Shown here in pieces: positions 39,650 through 51,019 of a DNA stretch of 51,455 nucleotides (position 1 is its first letter; each line of letters begins with the position of its first letter). This DNA comes from Priapulus caudatus (lineage: Eukaryota). The position numbers and the translations under genes are program-made. Under the pieces are notes generated by a model. That model searched no databases and was not told the DNA's origin. It was given only the letters and a program-made list of their open reading frames with translations. The stretch lies in contig NW_014577067.1 in assembly GCF_000485595.1 (NCBI RefSeq), positions 259,288 through 310,742 on the forward strand, in the 5' to 3' direction.

Positions 39650-42600
39650 GAGTGGTGAGAGTTGCCAAGTCGCTGCACGACCGCACGAACGAGCAGCTGC
39701 AGCTGGACCGGTGGCGGCCACCGACCGCGGCGCATCCTCGCGCTGTCTAGGACGTCACCGCGACGCTGCACGTCACCAGCGAGAACCGCTTCTCGGCGCC
39801 GTCTTCGAGAGAAGGCGTCCTACGAGGCGACGTCCCGGAGGACCGGCCCGTCGGCGCTGGTCATCCGCGCGCCGTGTCCCGGCCACCTCGACCGCGACGT
39901 CGGCGTCAACGGCCGCGTCACGTACTCGATCTCCGCCGCCGGCGCGACGACTGTCGCGTACGACAGGACACGAACGGTCAGTTTGCGGTGGACGCGGGAC
40001 ACGGGGGCCGTCACGGTGGCGCGCGTGCTGGACTACGACGTCGCGGGACGGCGCGCAGCACGTCGTCAAACCGTGACCGGCGGGCGCGAACGGAGGACTC
40101 CGTTCGCGCGGGAGCCAGCGTCGCTCTCGTCGTGCGGGTCGCCGACGTCAACGACAGCCCGCCGCGCTGGCAACGCCGTCCGTCTTCTGACGCGTACGTG
40201 CGGCGGAGAACGCGCCGGCGGCCGCCGGTCGTCGGCGCGGTTCTGCGGGCCGCGCGGACACACGACAGACTCACGAGCGCCGCGACGCAACGTATCGGAT
40301 CGCCAGGCGGCGAGGCGAGCAGACGCGGCCGCCTCTTCCGGCTGGACGCGCGCAGCGGCGAGCTGACGGCGGCGGCGACGTTCGACTACGAGGCGCGCGC
40401 CGAGTACGCGGTGGATGTGGTGGCAAGCGACGCTGACGACGCGGCACTGTTCGACGCGGCGCGCGTGCGCGTGCACGTCGTCGGCGAGAACGAGTACCGG
40501 CCGCGCTTCGTCGTGCGCCAGTACAGCTTCCGCGTCAGCGAGATGGCGCAGCGCGGCGCCGTCGTCGGCGTCGTCGTCGCCGCTGACGAGGACGGCGGCC
40601 GCGACGGCGTCGTGCACTACTCGCTCGTCGGGAGGAATCGCGATCGCGGGTTCGCGGTGCAGCGCGAGACGGGGCGCATCGTCGTCGCGGGCCGGCTCGA
40701 CCGCGAGCGCGCGTCCGAGCTGTCGCTGACCGTGCTCGCGAAGAACCCGGGAGCGATCGGCGGCGACGACGACACGGACACGTGCGAGGTGCACGTCACC
40801 GTCGAGGACGCCAACGACCCGCCCGTGTTCGAGCCGGCGGCGTACGTGTCGCGCGTCGCCGAGGACGCCACGGTCGGCACGGTCGTGGCGCGCGTGTCGG
40901 CGTTCGACCGTGACCTGCGCAGCGACTACCAGCAGTTCTCCTACAGCATCGTCGGCGGCGACGACGGCGGCGCGTTCGCGATCGACGCACGCGACGGCGT
41001 CGTCACGACGGCGAGGCGGCTCAACCGCGAGACAGTGTCCGTCTACAACCTAACGGTGGCGGCCGTCGACACGGGCGCGCCGCCGCAGACGGGCACGGCG
41101 AGCGTCGTCGTCACGCTCGACGACGTCAACGACCACGCGCCGGAGTTCGCCGACGCGCCGCTGCGGGGAAGCGTCGCCGAGGGCATGCCCGCCTACACGT
41201 CCGTCATGACGCTGAGCGCGAGCGACCGCGACTCGCCGCAGAACGGCGCTCCGTTCGTCTACAGCCTGGCGGATGGACCGGACACGCGCTACTTCACGCT
41301 GGAGCCTCGCAGCGGCGTGCTGCGTACGACGCGCGTGCTCGACCGCGAGACGCGAGACCGCTACTCGCTCGTCGTCACCGTCATGGACAGCGGCGCGCCG
41401 CGCATGACGTCGACGCACGCGCTCGAGGTGCTCGTCGCCGACGTCAACGACAGCCCGTCGTCGCCGCGCGACCTGCTCGTCGCCGTGCACGCGCTCGCCG
41501 GGCGTGCGCCGCGCGGACGCGTCGCCGACGTGTCGCCGGCCGACCCGGACCTCGTCGGCGAGTACGCGTGCGTGCTGGAGGCGGGCGACCGCGACGTGTT
41601 CGCGATCCCTCGCGCCTGCGAGCTGCACGTGCTGCGGCCGCTACGCGCCGACGCCGTCTACACTCTCAACGTGAGCGCGTCGGACGGGGCGCACGCGCGC
41701 GTACACTCGACGGTACGCGTGCGCAGCGCCGCCTTCACGAACGCGACGCTCGAGAACAGTGTCACGCTGCGCTTCGACAACGTCACTGCCGACGCGTTCG
41801 CGGCGCGTTTCTATGACGCGTTCGTGCGCGCGCTAGGCGGCGCGCTCGACGCGGGTCGCACGTTTGAGATCATCGCGATGCAGGACATCGGCGACGGCGC
41901 GTTAGAGCTACGGCTCGCTGTCCGCCGCGGCGACACACGCTACGTCACCGCAGCCGACGTCGTCCGCGCGATCCTCCGCGGCCAGCAGCGCATCGAGCGC
42001 GAATCCGGGGTCAAGGTCGCCGAGGTCGGCCGCGACCCGTGCGCGTCGTCGCCGTGCCGTAACGGCGGGGCGTGCGCGAGTCGCGTGGTCGTGTACGACG
42101 ACGTCGTGGCCGCCGACGCGCCGTCGCTCGTCTTCGTGTCGCCGCGCACGGAGCTGACGCACGCGTGCCGCTGCGCGAGCGGCTTCACGGGCGTCTCCTG
42201 CGACGCTAGGCAGGATCACGTCTGCCCGCCGGACGCATGCCGCAACGGCGGCAGCTGCGTGTGGCGCGGCGGCGCGGCGGCGTGCGCGTGCGTCGACGGC
42301 TACCACGGCGAGCGCTGCGAGCTCGACGTCGACGAGTGCCTGCGGGGCGGCGCGTGCGAGAACGGCGGCGTGTGCGAGAACACGTACGGCTCATACCACT
42401 GCACCTGCCGCGAGCCGTACACGGGCGCACGCTGCGAGGCGACCATCAGCCCCTGCGCGTCGTCGCCGTGCCGCAACGCCGGAGCCTGCGTCACCGACGA
42501 CTCGGCAGCCGGCTTCTACTGCCGCTGCGCGTTCGGGTACCACGGCGCGCGCTGCGAGCAGGCGAGTTACGGCTTCCGCGCGCTCAGCTACGCCGAGTTC

Positions 42601-42843
42601 CCGCCGCTGGACGCGCGCGGAAACAAGATCGCGATCGAGTTCTCTACCCTGCGCCGCGACGCCCTGCTGCTGTACAACCACGACGGACGCGCGGGCGAGC
42701 GCTCGCTGTTCCTCGCCCTGGAGCTGCAGGATGGACGGCCTGTGCTGTCGTACAGACTCGCAGAGGAAGTCGTGAGGGTGCGCATCGACGTGGACGTCTC
42801 TAACGCTCGATGGTACAGACTGACGGCTCAGCGCAGAGCGAAG
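39650..42843 (+). CDS. FAT4: Large Fat exon: last cadherin repeats, 4 EGF-like domains, start of LamG1 (multiple apparent frameshifts in ~39705-40330)
   Basis: ccgcag| acceptor. Clean frame from ~40327 with cadherin motifs, EGF cysteine patterns (CRNGGxC...CxCxxGxxGxxC) and LamG (IAIEFSTLRRDALLLYN). AAG|gtacac donor. Confidence 0.88.
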
Positions 42844-43287
42844 GTACACATGTCATATCACCTCAGCTGTCGCGAAAACTACCCACATCTTGTATGTAAT
42901 ATAAGATATATTATATATTATAAGATATAATATATATAATATATTATATATTATATTTTACGTATGCTAAAACTCATTTGATTAAGCTAATATGTAGAAG
43001 TAAATAAATTTATTGTGCCCTACTGGGCTACTGGCTAAGTGGAATAATTAATAGGGAATTAATGTAGAAGTGACATATACAAATGCAAAATATTGTTACC
43101 ATAACCCAATCAAGATTGTTGTTTGTATCCCATATAATTTTCCGGCTATCGGCCAATTGCTGAATTGCGTAATTAATTAATGAGAGGTTACATAGATGAC
43201 ACATAGGTATTAGGTACGTATATAATAGGTAGACGGGGAATGTTTATTGTGAAATCTCACCGCTTACGAAACGTTTGTCGTTGACAG

Positions 43288-43385
43288 TTTGCGACTCTGA
43301 GTGTTGGCGTCTGCAACTCGGAGGGTTGTGAGGATTGCCATGACGACGGTTGCCAGGCTTCCGGCTCCTCCGTCGGTCGAGCATC
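43288..43385 (+). CDS. FAT4: Fat exon, LamG1 (FATLSVGVCNSEGCEDCHDDGCQASGSSVGRA); not in ORF track
   Basis: tgacag| acceptor, TC|gtaagt donor, phase 0 to 2; bridges neighbouring exons in frame. Confidence 0.85.
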
Positions 43386-43681
43386 GTAAGTATACATCAT
43401 TCAATCCTGCTAAGTAAGCATTTAAAGCCAGTACGTTGTACCTGGTTCCCCAGCGTAGGGGTATCGTAGGGACATGCGGTTTGTTTTATATTAACAAGGT
43501 AGGACAGCTGATCAATATATAATACTTAAAATAAAACGGGGAAAGTTTATTAATTCGACTAATACTGCAACATGGTTTCAGCATTTCACCGTTGTACGTT
43601 CTCCTTTATACGCTCTTGATATTATATATATATATGTGTGTGCGTGCGTGCGTGCGTGCGCGCGTGTGTGCGCGCGTGTGT

Positions 43682-43714
<33 letters not shown>

Positions 43715-43754
43715 GTGTATCTATTGCTTCTACATTGCTACATTGCATCTACAG

Positions 43755-43889
43755 GTCATTGAATCTGCGTGGTCAGCACATGAGTGTGGGCGGTGTAAGC
43801 TCTGTGGACGGACTGGCTGATCGACCGGGTCAGGTCCGCAGCACTGACTTCATCGGCTGCATTCGTTCGATCTACGTCAACGATATCAG
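43755..43889 (+). CDS. FAT4: Fat exon, LamG1 end (SLNLRGQHMSVGGV...DFIGCIRSIYVND)
   Basis: ctacag| acceptor, AG|gtgcgt donor, phase 2 to 2; FxGCI LamG motif. Confidence 0.9.
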
Positions 43890-44156
43890 GTGCGTGTAAA
43901 GACCATGCGTGTGCAGTATCAGAATAAACCATAAATATAACGACAGTCAGTGTTAATACCTGGTTTCTTAATAATTTTTTTAAACTAATTATTCTTAATA
44001 ATGTCGATTATGGTAAAAATTTTGTGGTAAAACTAATACTTATATAAATACTATATACGTACAATATACATACGTTACATATATTACGGAAGGCAGTAGT
44101 GGTTGTTAAGTCATGTTTACAGTCATGGTTGTTAATACAGTTATAATGTATCGCAG

Positions 44157-44326
44157 GTTGGATCTGAGTAAGCCCCTGTCGTCACGTTTTGTCACCGATA
44201 CCTGTCCAAGAAACGAGGACATGTGTCTCAAACGGCCCTGCGGCTCTGAAGGCATCTGCATAGATGAGTGGGATTCTCACAGCTGCCAGTGTTCTGAAGG
44301 CATCACGAAACTCAATTGTACCAAAG
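44157..44326 (+). CDS. FAT4: Fat exon, EGF-like domain (copy 1)
   Basis: tcgcag| acceptor, G|gtatta donor, phase 2 to 1; CLKRPCGSEGICIDEWDSHSCQC. Confidence 0.88.
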
Positions 44327-44757
44327 GTATTATTCCAAAACAATAAGCGCATGATAATCTGGGGGTCCATTATCAGAAACATGTCATAACTTTTTAAGTA
44401 AAGTCTCGTGCAAAAGTTGTGGCTTCTTAGACGTGACTATTTATCTATTATTATTCTATTTATTAGTCATTATTTATTAATTTTATTTATTAGTCTAACT
44501 ATTTGTGATGTTTCTGACATGTTTTACGCTATGGTCCGTTTAGCGTGGTGGTTAAAATTTCTTGAATGTATCTCGTCGGTGCTATATATATGCATATATA
44601 GATGCTGTATTCTGCGTAGTACATGCAATCCTATTACAGGGCCAACTTAGAAATATGTAATATAGTATCACAAGTATATGCATGCTACTAGTTGTTAATA
44701 TTTGTAAGCTCTGCCACCCTCGGTTATATTTGATAAGAATGTCTTAATAACTTTCAG

Positions 44758-44978
44758 CAACGGAAGCATTCAGTCTGTCAGCAGATGGATGGGTAGAGCT
44801 CAGCATGTCTGATACGTTCAAGCGCAGCAAGCAGATCTCACAGCAGGTGGCAGCACATAGCAGGCAGAGGAGGGAAGCATTGCCTAGTGAACAGACGCTG
44901 TTGATAAAGTTCAGAACACGGGCGAATGACGGCATGCTGTTTTATGCAAAGTCATCCTCAGAGTATACGATACTGCAG
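44758..44978 (+). CDS. FAT4: Fat exon, LamG2 start (copy 1)
   Basis: tttcag| acceptor, CAG|gtaact donor, phase 1 to 0; IKFRTRANDGMLFYA. Confidence 0.88.
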
Positions 44979-45227
44979 GTAACTTTTAATTACATTAAAA
45001 TATCACGAGTAGATAGATTCTTACTAAATAATCCCCCTTTTATGTCTCCAGTTAAAGTCTATTGAAGCAGACATCATTTTAATTAACTGCAATCCACGGT
45101 GCTGATCAGTGATCTAACAATTTATCGAAACAAAACATCGACCCTGGTATGTCTCTCTCCTTCTGCTTATATATATCTCCCATTAGTCAACGCGACGCTA
45201 TAAAGACGTGCTCTTGTTTCCTGACAG

Positions 45228-45495
45228 CTGTATCACGGTAGAGTGCGCTACGTGTCTGCCGTGCACGGCGCGATCGTCACAGAGCTGCTGGTGGAGGCGG
45301 GCGACAGCTCGGACGGTCGCTGGCACACGGTGACGCTCGCGCAGCGCGCAAACAGCATCGCGCTCGCGCTCGACGGAGACCACGTCGAGAAGAGCTTCTC
45401 CGTTCCCGTGCACGACTTTCTCTCGACCGACGTCAGCATCTTTGCGGTCGGAGGATACGCCGAACCGATCCGCCACGTCGGACAGATCATACCCG
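45228..45495 (+). CDS. FAT4: Fat exon, LamG2 (copy 1)
   Basis: tgacag| acceptor, G|gtacgg donor, phase 0 to 1; SDGRWHTVTL. Confidence 0.88.
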
Positions 45496-45611
45496 GTACG
45501 GTTTCGTGCTCCATAGTGTCGCGAAGTTCGCCTCGTTAATATTTGGAAAATCTTTCGAATTTACTATCTGGTCTATTAGGATATTGGTGGTGAAGTTATA
45601 ATGTATCGCAG

Positions 45612-45781
45612 GTTGGATCTGAGTAAGCCCCTGTCGTCACGTTTTGTCACCGATACCTGTCCAAGAAACGAGGACATGTGTCTCAAACGGCCCTGCGGCT
45701 CTGAAGGCATCTGCATAGATGAGTGGGATTCTCACAGCTGCCAGTGTTCTGAAGGCATCACGAAACTCAATTGTACCAAAG
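45612..45781 (+). CDS. FAT4: Duplicate of EGF exon 44157-44326 (copy 2)
   Basis: Same translation and splice sites; offset 1455. Confidence 0.5.
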
Positions 45782-46211
45782 GTATTATTCCAAAACAATA
45801 AGCGCATGATAATCTGGGGGTCCATTATCAGAAACATGTCATAACTTTTTAAGTAAAGTCTCGTGCAAAAGTTGTGGCTTCTTAGACGTGACTATTTATC
45901 TATTATTATTCTATTTATTAGTCATTATTTATTAATTTTATTTATTAGTCTAACTATTTGTGATGTTTTTGACATGTTTTACGCTATGGTCCGTTTAGCG
46001 TGGTGGTTAAAATTTCTTGAATGTATCTCGTCGGTGCTATATAGTATATATATAGATGCTGTATTCTGCGTAGTACATGCAATCCTATTACAGGGCCAAC
46101 TTAGAAATATGTAATATAGTATCACAAGTATATGCATGCTACTAGTTGTTAATATTTGTAAGCTCTGCCACCCTCGGTTATATTTGATAAGAATGTCTTA
46201 ATAACTTTCAG

Positions 46212-46432
46212 CAACGGAAGCATTCAGTCTGTCAGCAGATGGATGGGTAGAGCTCAGCATGTCTGATACGTTCAAGCGCAGCAAGCAGATCTCACAGCAG
46301 GTGGCAGCACATAGCAGGCAGAGGAGGGAAGCATTGCCTAGTGAACAGACGCTGTTGATAAAGTTCAGAACACGGGCGAATGACGGCATGCTGTTTTATG
46401 CAAAGTCATCCTCAGAGTATACGATACTGCAG
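46212..46432 (+). CDS. FAT4: Duplicate of LamG2 exon 44758-44978 (copy 2)
   Basis: Same translation and splice sites; offset 1454. Confidence 0.5.
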
Positions 46433-46681
46433 GTAACTTTTAATTACATTAAAATATCACGAGTAGATAGATTCTTACTAAATAATCCCCCTTTTATGTC
46501 TCCAGTTAAAGTCTATTGAAGCAGACATCATTTTAATTAACTGCAATCCACGGTGCTGATCAGTGATCTAACAATTTATCGAAACAAAACATCGACCCTG
46601 GTATGTCTCTCTCCTTCTGCTTATATATATCTCCCATTAGTCAACGCGACGCTATAAAGACGTGCTCTTGTTTCCTGACAG

Positions 46682-46949
46682 CTGTATCACGGTAGAGTGC
46701 GCTACGTGTCTGCCGTGCACGGCGCGATCGTCACAGAGCTGCTGGTGGAGGCGGGCGACAGCTCGGACGGTCGCTGGCACACGGTGACGCTCGCGCAGCG
46801 CGCAAACAGCATCGCGCTCGCGCTCGACGGAGACCACGTCGAGAAGAGCTTCTCCGTTCCCGTGCACGACTTTCTCTCGACCGACGTCAGCATCTTTGCG
46901 GTCGGAGGATACGCCGAACCGATCCGCCACGTCGGACAGATCATACCCG
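46682..46949 (+). CDS. FAT4: Duplicate of LamG2 exon 45228-45495 (copy 2)
   Basis: Same translation and splice sites; offset 1454. Confidence 0.5.
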
Positions 46950-47151
46950 GTACGGTTTCGTGCTCCATAGTGTCGCGAAGTTCGCCTCGTTAATATTTGG
47001 AAAATCTTTCGAATTTACTATCTGGTCTATTAGGATATTGGTGGTGCGTTAGTGTAGTAATTTTAATATAATTCTAAATTTAAACTAAGATTATGTACTT
47101 GTGTTATTCGTACTGTGAATATATTCATCAAGCACTGTAACTAAAGCTGAG

Positions 47152-47392
47152 AGGGTCTATGTCCCCCGGGGTACTGCCGGAACGTACCCTGGGTACTGTC
47201 CGGTATACCGGAACGTACCCTGGTACTATCTACTATGCCGGACCGTACCTCGCCTATTCCACTAACGCGTCTAGTGAGTCGCCTACGCCTACTCCCTAAC
47301 CCGAACCCGAACCCTAACCTTAATCCTAACCCTAACCATATCAAATAGTGACCAGGGTACGTTCTGGCAGTACCCTGGGGGACATAGACCCT
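47152..47392. mobile_element. MITE with 41-bp TIRs and internal (CCCTAA)-like tract
   Basis: agggtctatgtcccccggggtactgccggaacgtaccctgg vs ccagggtacgttctggcagtaccctgggggacatagaccct (2 mismatches). Confidence 0.85.
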
Positions 47393-47406
47393 ATGAGCGT
47401 AACTAA

Positions 47407-47833
47407 AGCGGGGCACCATGCGAATTTATTCGCACGTCCGCAGCGATTGTAAAATCGCAGCGAGATTCGCATGGTGTGTCCGCTAACGCGCGGGCGAATT
47501 TCGGTGCGGGTGAAATTCGCAGCAATCAAACATGTTTGATATTTTCGCTGCGGACATGCAAATAAATTCGCATGGTGTGTCTCAGTATTTAAGCGGCCGA
47601 TTGTTATAATGCAGCGAATCATTGATCAGTATGCTAATCACGTGACCACATGACTGTTGGAGCCATGGTGGAGCCGTGTGCGCCAGTAGATCGCGTGTAG
47701 TGTGTACGCTGCGGACGTGCGAATAAATTCGCATGGTGTGCCCGCTCAATTATCGCATGCGGGTGTGAATATTTTCGCTGCCGATATGATCGCCGCGGAC
47801 GTGCGAATAAATTTGCATGGTGTGTCCCAGGCT
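47407..47833. mobile_element. MITE with imperfect TIRs and repeated subterminal motif, possibly PIF/Harbinger-type
   Basis: caccatgcgaatttattcgcacgtccgc vs gcggacgtgcgaataaatttgcatggtg; internal copies of attcgcatggtgtg; TAA on both flanks. Confidence 0.7.
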
Positions 47834-48010
47834 TAACACTGTAGAATAGTAAGTACGATAGGTGTAGTAGGGTACAGCTGGCATAGGTACTTTTTTACTT
47901 TATTGTTATTCAATGAAGCTCAGCATAAGCTTTCATAAAGCCAAGAAAATGTGATCATTCTCATAATATGCAAAATATTTTACACCATATAATCCTCCTA
48001 AATTTTGCAG

Positions 48011-49713
48011 GTTTCTCCGGCTGCCTATCCACGCTGAACATCAATGGCGAGATCCAGCCGCTGACCGGCTCCGGCCACCTCTTTGACGCCGTCACGTACG
48101 GCGAGGTCGCCGCCGGCTGCGAGGGTCCGCCCGTCTGCAGCAGCGCCCCCTGCGCCGACGACCACGTCTGCGTCGACGAATGGCACCGCTACAGCTGCGT
48201 GTCGGCGGCCGGCGGCGGCAGCAGCGGCGCCCTGCACGTCGGCGTCGTCGTCGCCATCATCTTCTTCAGCCTGCTCTTCGTCGTGCTGCTCGTGACCTTC
48301 GTCGTGTTCCGGCGGCGGCGCCACCTGCGAGACAAGAAGGCGGCGGTTGCGACGTACGTGAACGCGTGCGGCGGCGGCGGTGGCGGCGGTGGCGACAGGC
48401 GGCGATCGAGGGCTTGCGCCGGCCCGCGAGCGAGCCGCCCGGGCGGCGGCGGCCTCGCGCTGACGCGGTCGCGCTCAACCGCCACCGCTGCTGTTGCTGT
48501 TGTTCGCTGTTCGACGACGAGCTTGGAGCTCGACCGTCGTCGTCTGCGTTCGGCGCAGTCCGGGGGATGTTGTAAGAGGTGGTCGGGCCGCCGTAGGGCG
48601 CGCGGCGGGGTCGCGCCGGGGCGCGGCAAGCGGCGGCGCCGCCGCCCATCGCGGGTTGTCGGGTAGTGGTAGGGCGACGTCGTATCGTCGGACGCGGCGA
48701 TGCTGCCTCGGCATTGTACGAAGTCGTAGTGCGTCGCCACCTCCTGCCTCGACCGGGCTGTCGAGGCCGCGGCGGCACGGGCAGGCGGCACCGGGCGTGT
48801 CCGCCGTCTCGATGATCACCCGGAGCCGTGGCGTCTCGGGCGTGGGGTCGGGGAGAGTCGGGAGCAGCTGCGGCGCGACGGACCGTGGGGGCGTAGGCGG
48901 CGGCCGGTACGCGTGCGTGCGCCGCGTGGCGGCTCGCTGCGGTGGCGACACACCGTCGGCGGCGCCACCTGGGCGTGCGTCGGGTGCGCGCATTGGCGAG
49001 CTCGGGCGGCGCACAGTGTCCGCGAGCACATGTCGGCTGCTCGGCTGTTGTCACGACATAGCCCGAGTCGGTCGCGGCTCGACCCGCTGCCGCGTCGCCG
49101 CCGGCCACCGCCGGCCGAGCCGCNNNNNNNNNNNNNNNNNNNNNNNNNGCCGGGTCTCACCGCCGACGACGTCGACAAGCTGCACAAGACGCGCTCGAGT
49201 CTGAGCAGCGCCATCGACAACGCGTCCAGCTCCAGCACCGGCACAGTGACGCCGCCCGTGAGCCGGAAGACGCCGCTGCCGCCGGCGGTCGCCGCGGGCG
49301 ATGTGGCCGAGTCGAGCTCGGACGAGAGCGGCAACGACTCGTTCACGTGCTCGGAGTTTGAGTACGACGGCCCCGCGGCGGACAACCCAGCCGACCGGCT
49401 GTCGCGGCTCATGCAGGAGCGCAAGGCGAAGGACTACGACTCACATGGCTCGATGAGTACGATCGTCGCTTCGGACGACGACTCGTCGCCGCACCGCCCG
49501 CCGCAGCCGCAGCCGCCCCCGCGCGCCAACGGCGGCAGTGTGAACCCGCAGGGCGTCATGTCCTGGGACAACCTCCTCAACTGGGGGCCGAACTTCGAGA
49601 GCCTCGTCGGCGTGTTCAAGGACATCGCATCGCTGGACGACGGCGCGACGGGCGACGAGCAGCCACTGCAGCAGCAGCTGTCCGGTCCGCCGGTCAGCGA
49701 GGAGTACGTGTGA
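48011..49713 (+). CDS. FAT4: Terminal Fat exon: LamG2 end, EGF-like unit, TM helix (~48238-48309), cytoplasmic tail to EEYV-stop; middle part inverted and gapped
   Basis: ttgcag| acceptor phase 1 (GFSGCLSTLNING). Hydrophobic VGVVVAIIFFSLLFVVLLVTFVVF followed by RRRR. Conserved tail after the N gap, TGA at 49711-49713. Confidence 0.85.
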
Positions 49714-50178
49714 TGTTAGAGCCTCACCCTGACCACGGACGGGTTCACACTGCCGGTGTCTCACTAGATAAACTATTGTTAGCTCCGTGAAACGAGTCTG
49801 GCTAGCAATCGATCAAAACGTGGGTTTTTTATTACAGTGAACTGTTTTTTTTCTGTGGTTGTTGTCCGTTTGTGGAACGTGTTTGTGGATTGGATAATGG
49901 CGGGAACATATCTATACGATATATATGTGTATATAATATATATATAGTATATATGTATGTTCATGGTAACCGTCACACAGCTGTTTTGTACAAACATAAG
50001 TTTTAATCGCCCGCCAGTGTACATAGCTGTGGCATATTTTATTTTTTACATGTACATGAGAATCTTTCATAGATATTGAATTTTACGTGAAGGTTTGGGC
50101 GGGCAGTCGACATGCATAACAATTATTTTCATGGGATCAAGTAACGATGATGTTCTACCACAGTTTGTAGAGTAGAAT

Positions 50179-50230
50179 CAAGAGTACATAATAGAGATCT
50201 CTATTATGTAATCCCTATTATGTACTCTTG
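50179..50230. mobile_element. 52-bp palindromic insert with internal filler, flanked by 7-bp duplication GTAGAAT
   Basis: gtagaat-caagagtacataatag-agatctctattatgtaatcc-ctattatgtactcttg-gtagaat. Confidence 0.75.
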
Positions 50231-51019
50231 GTAGAATGTACCTTTTGTATTATTTCACTCTACTCGAGTCAAGTGCTTCCAGACCACCGCCAATTTTATA
50301 GAAATATCGTGAGTTTGCCTTATGTGGCATTTATAACGTGTTGAAGATGTGACACATTATTTGAGCTATATACATATATATATCAGGAGTAAATAATCAC
50401 AAATCAACATTTGTGATTATTTACTCCTAAAATATGTGTATATATTGTTTTGTTGTTTTATTCGTTAAATTATTGCCGGCCATGTTCTTGCGCAGCTATA
50501 TTTTAATTATATATGCTAAACACACATTAGGTGTTCTTTTAACGTGCACTGCCCAACCAACGCTATCATACTCATTAGATAAGACGGCAATCGATTGTGT
50601 GTGTACATCCTTACTGGCAGTGTTATGCGCATACTATAATGGTAGCCGCTGCAATCATGCCGTTATGTATTACGCAGATCAGTGCATGATTTCTGCGTGT
50701 AATCTGCATTTTGCAAGATTTGTCCAATCATTTGTTCTCATGATCAAATTCTGTTGCGTTATGTGATGACCAGTTGTCTTGCGTTCCCTCACACCAGTAT
50801 TGCAGCGCCAAAAGTAAACAGGGCTTCTTGAATCTCTGATGAGGGAATATAACGTGCTAAATGTCGCATGTGTCGATCGTGCTGCAACTACCAATTGTAT
50901 AGATTTTTAAGTTTGTAAATATGAATATCACAGTCGTATTAATTAATTTTTAAGGTAAACCGTTACCCCGTGTAATATAACGTATTACGCAATGTAAAAT
51001 CAAACAATTTCTAAAATAT

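Larger units (their letters stand above)
44139..47046 (+). repeat. Tandem duplication, 2 x ~1454 bp (44139-45592; 45594-47046)
   Basis: Copies near-identical. The differences I saw are intronic (tttctgac vs tttttgac; a TA-rich tract one base shorter). Confidence 0.95.

Noticed and set aside
39650..49713. Pseudogene interpretation of the Fat locus
   Set aside because: Lesions are confined to two GC-rich patches and one duplication; all other exons, splice sites and the C-terminus are intact.
49711..49719. Possible stop-codon readthrough (TGA TGT TAG)
   Set aside because: Not a leaky TGA-CTA context, and readthrough would mask the conserved EEYV terminus.
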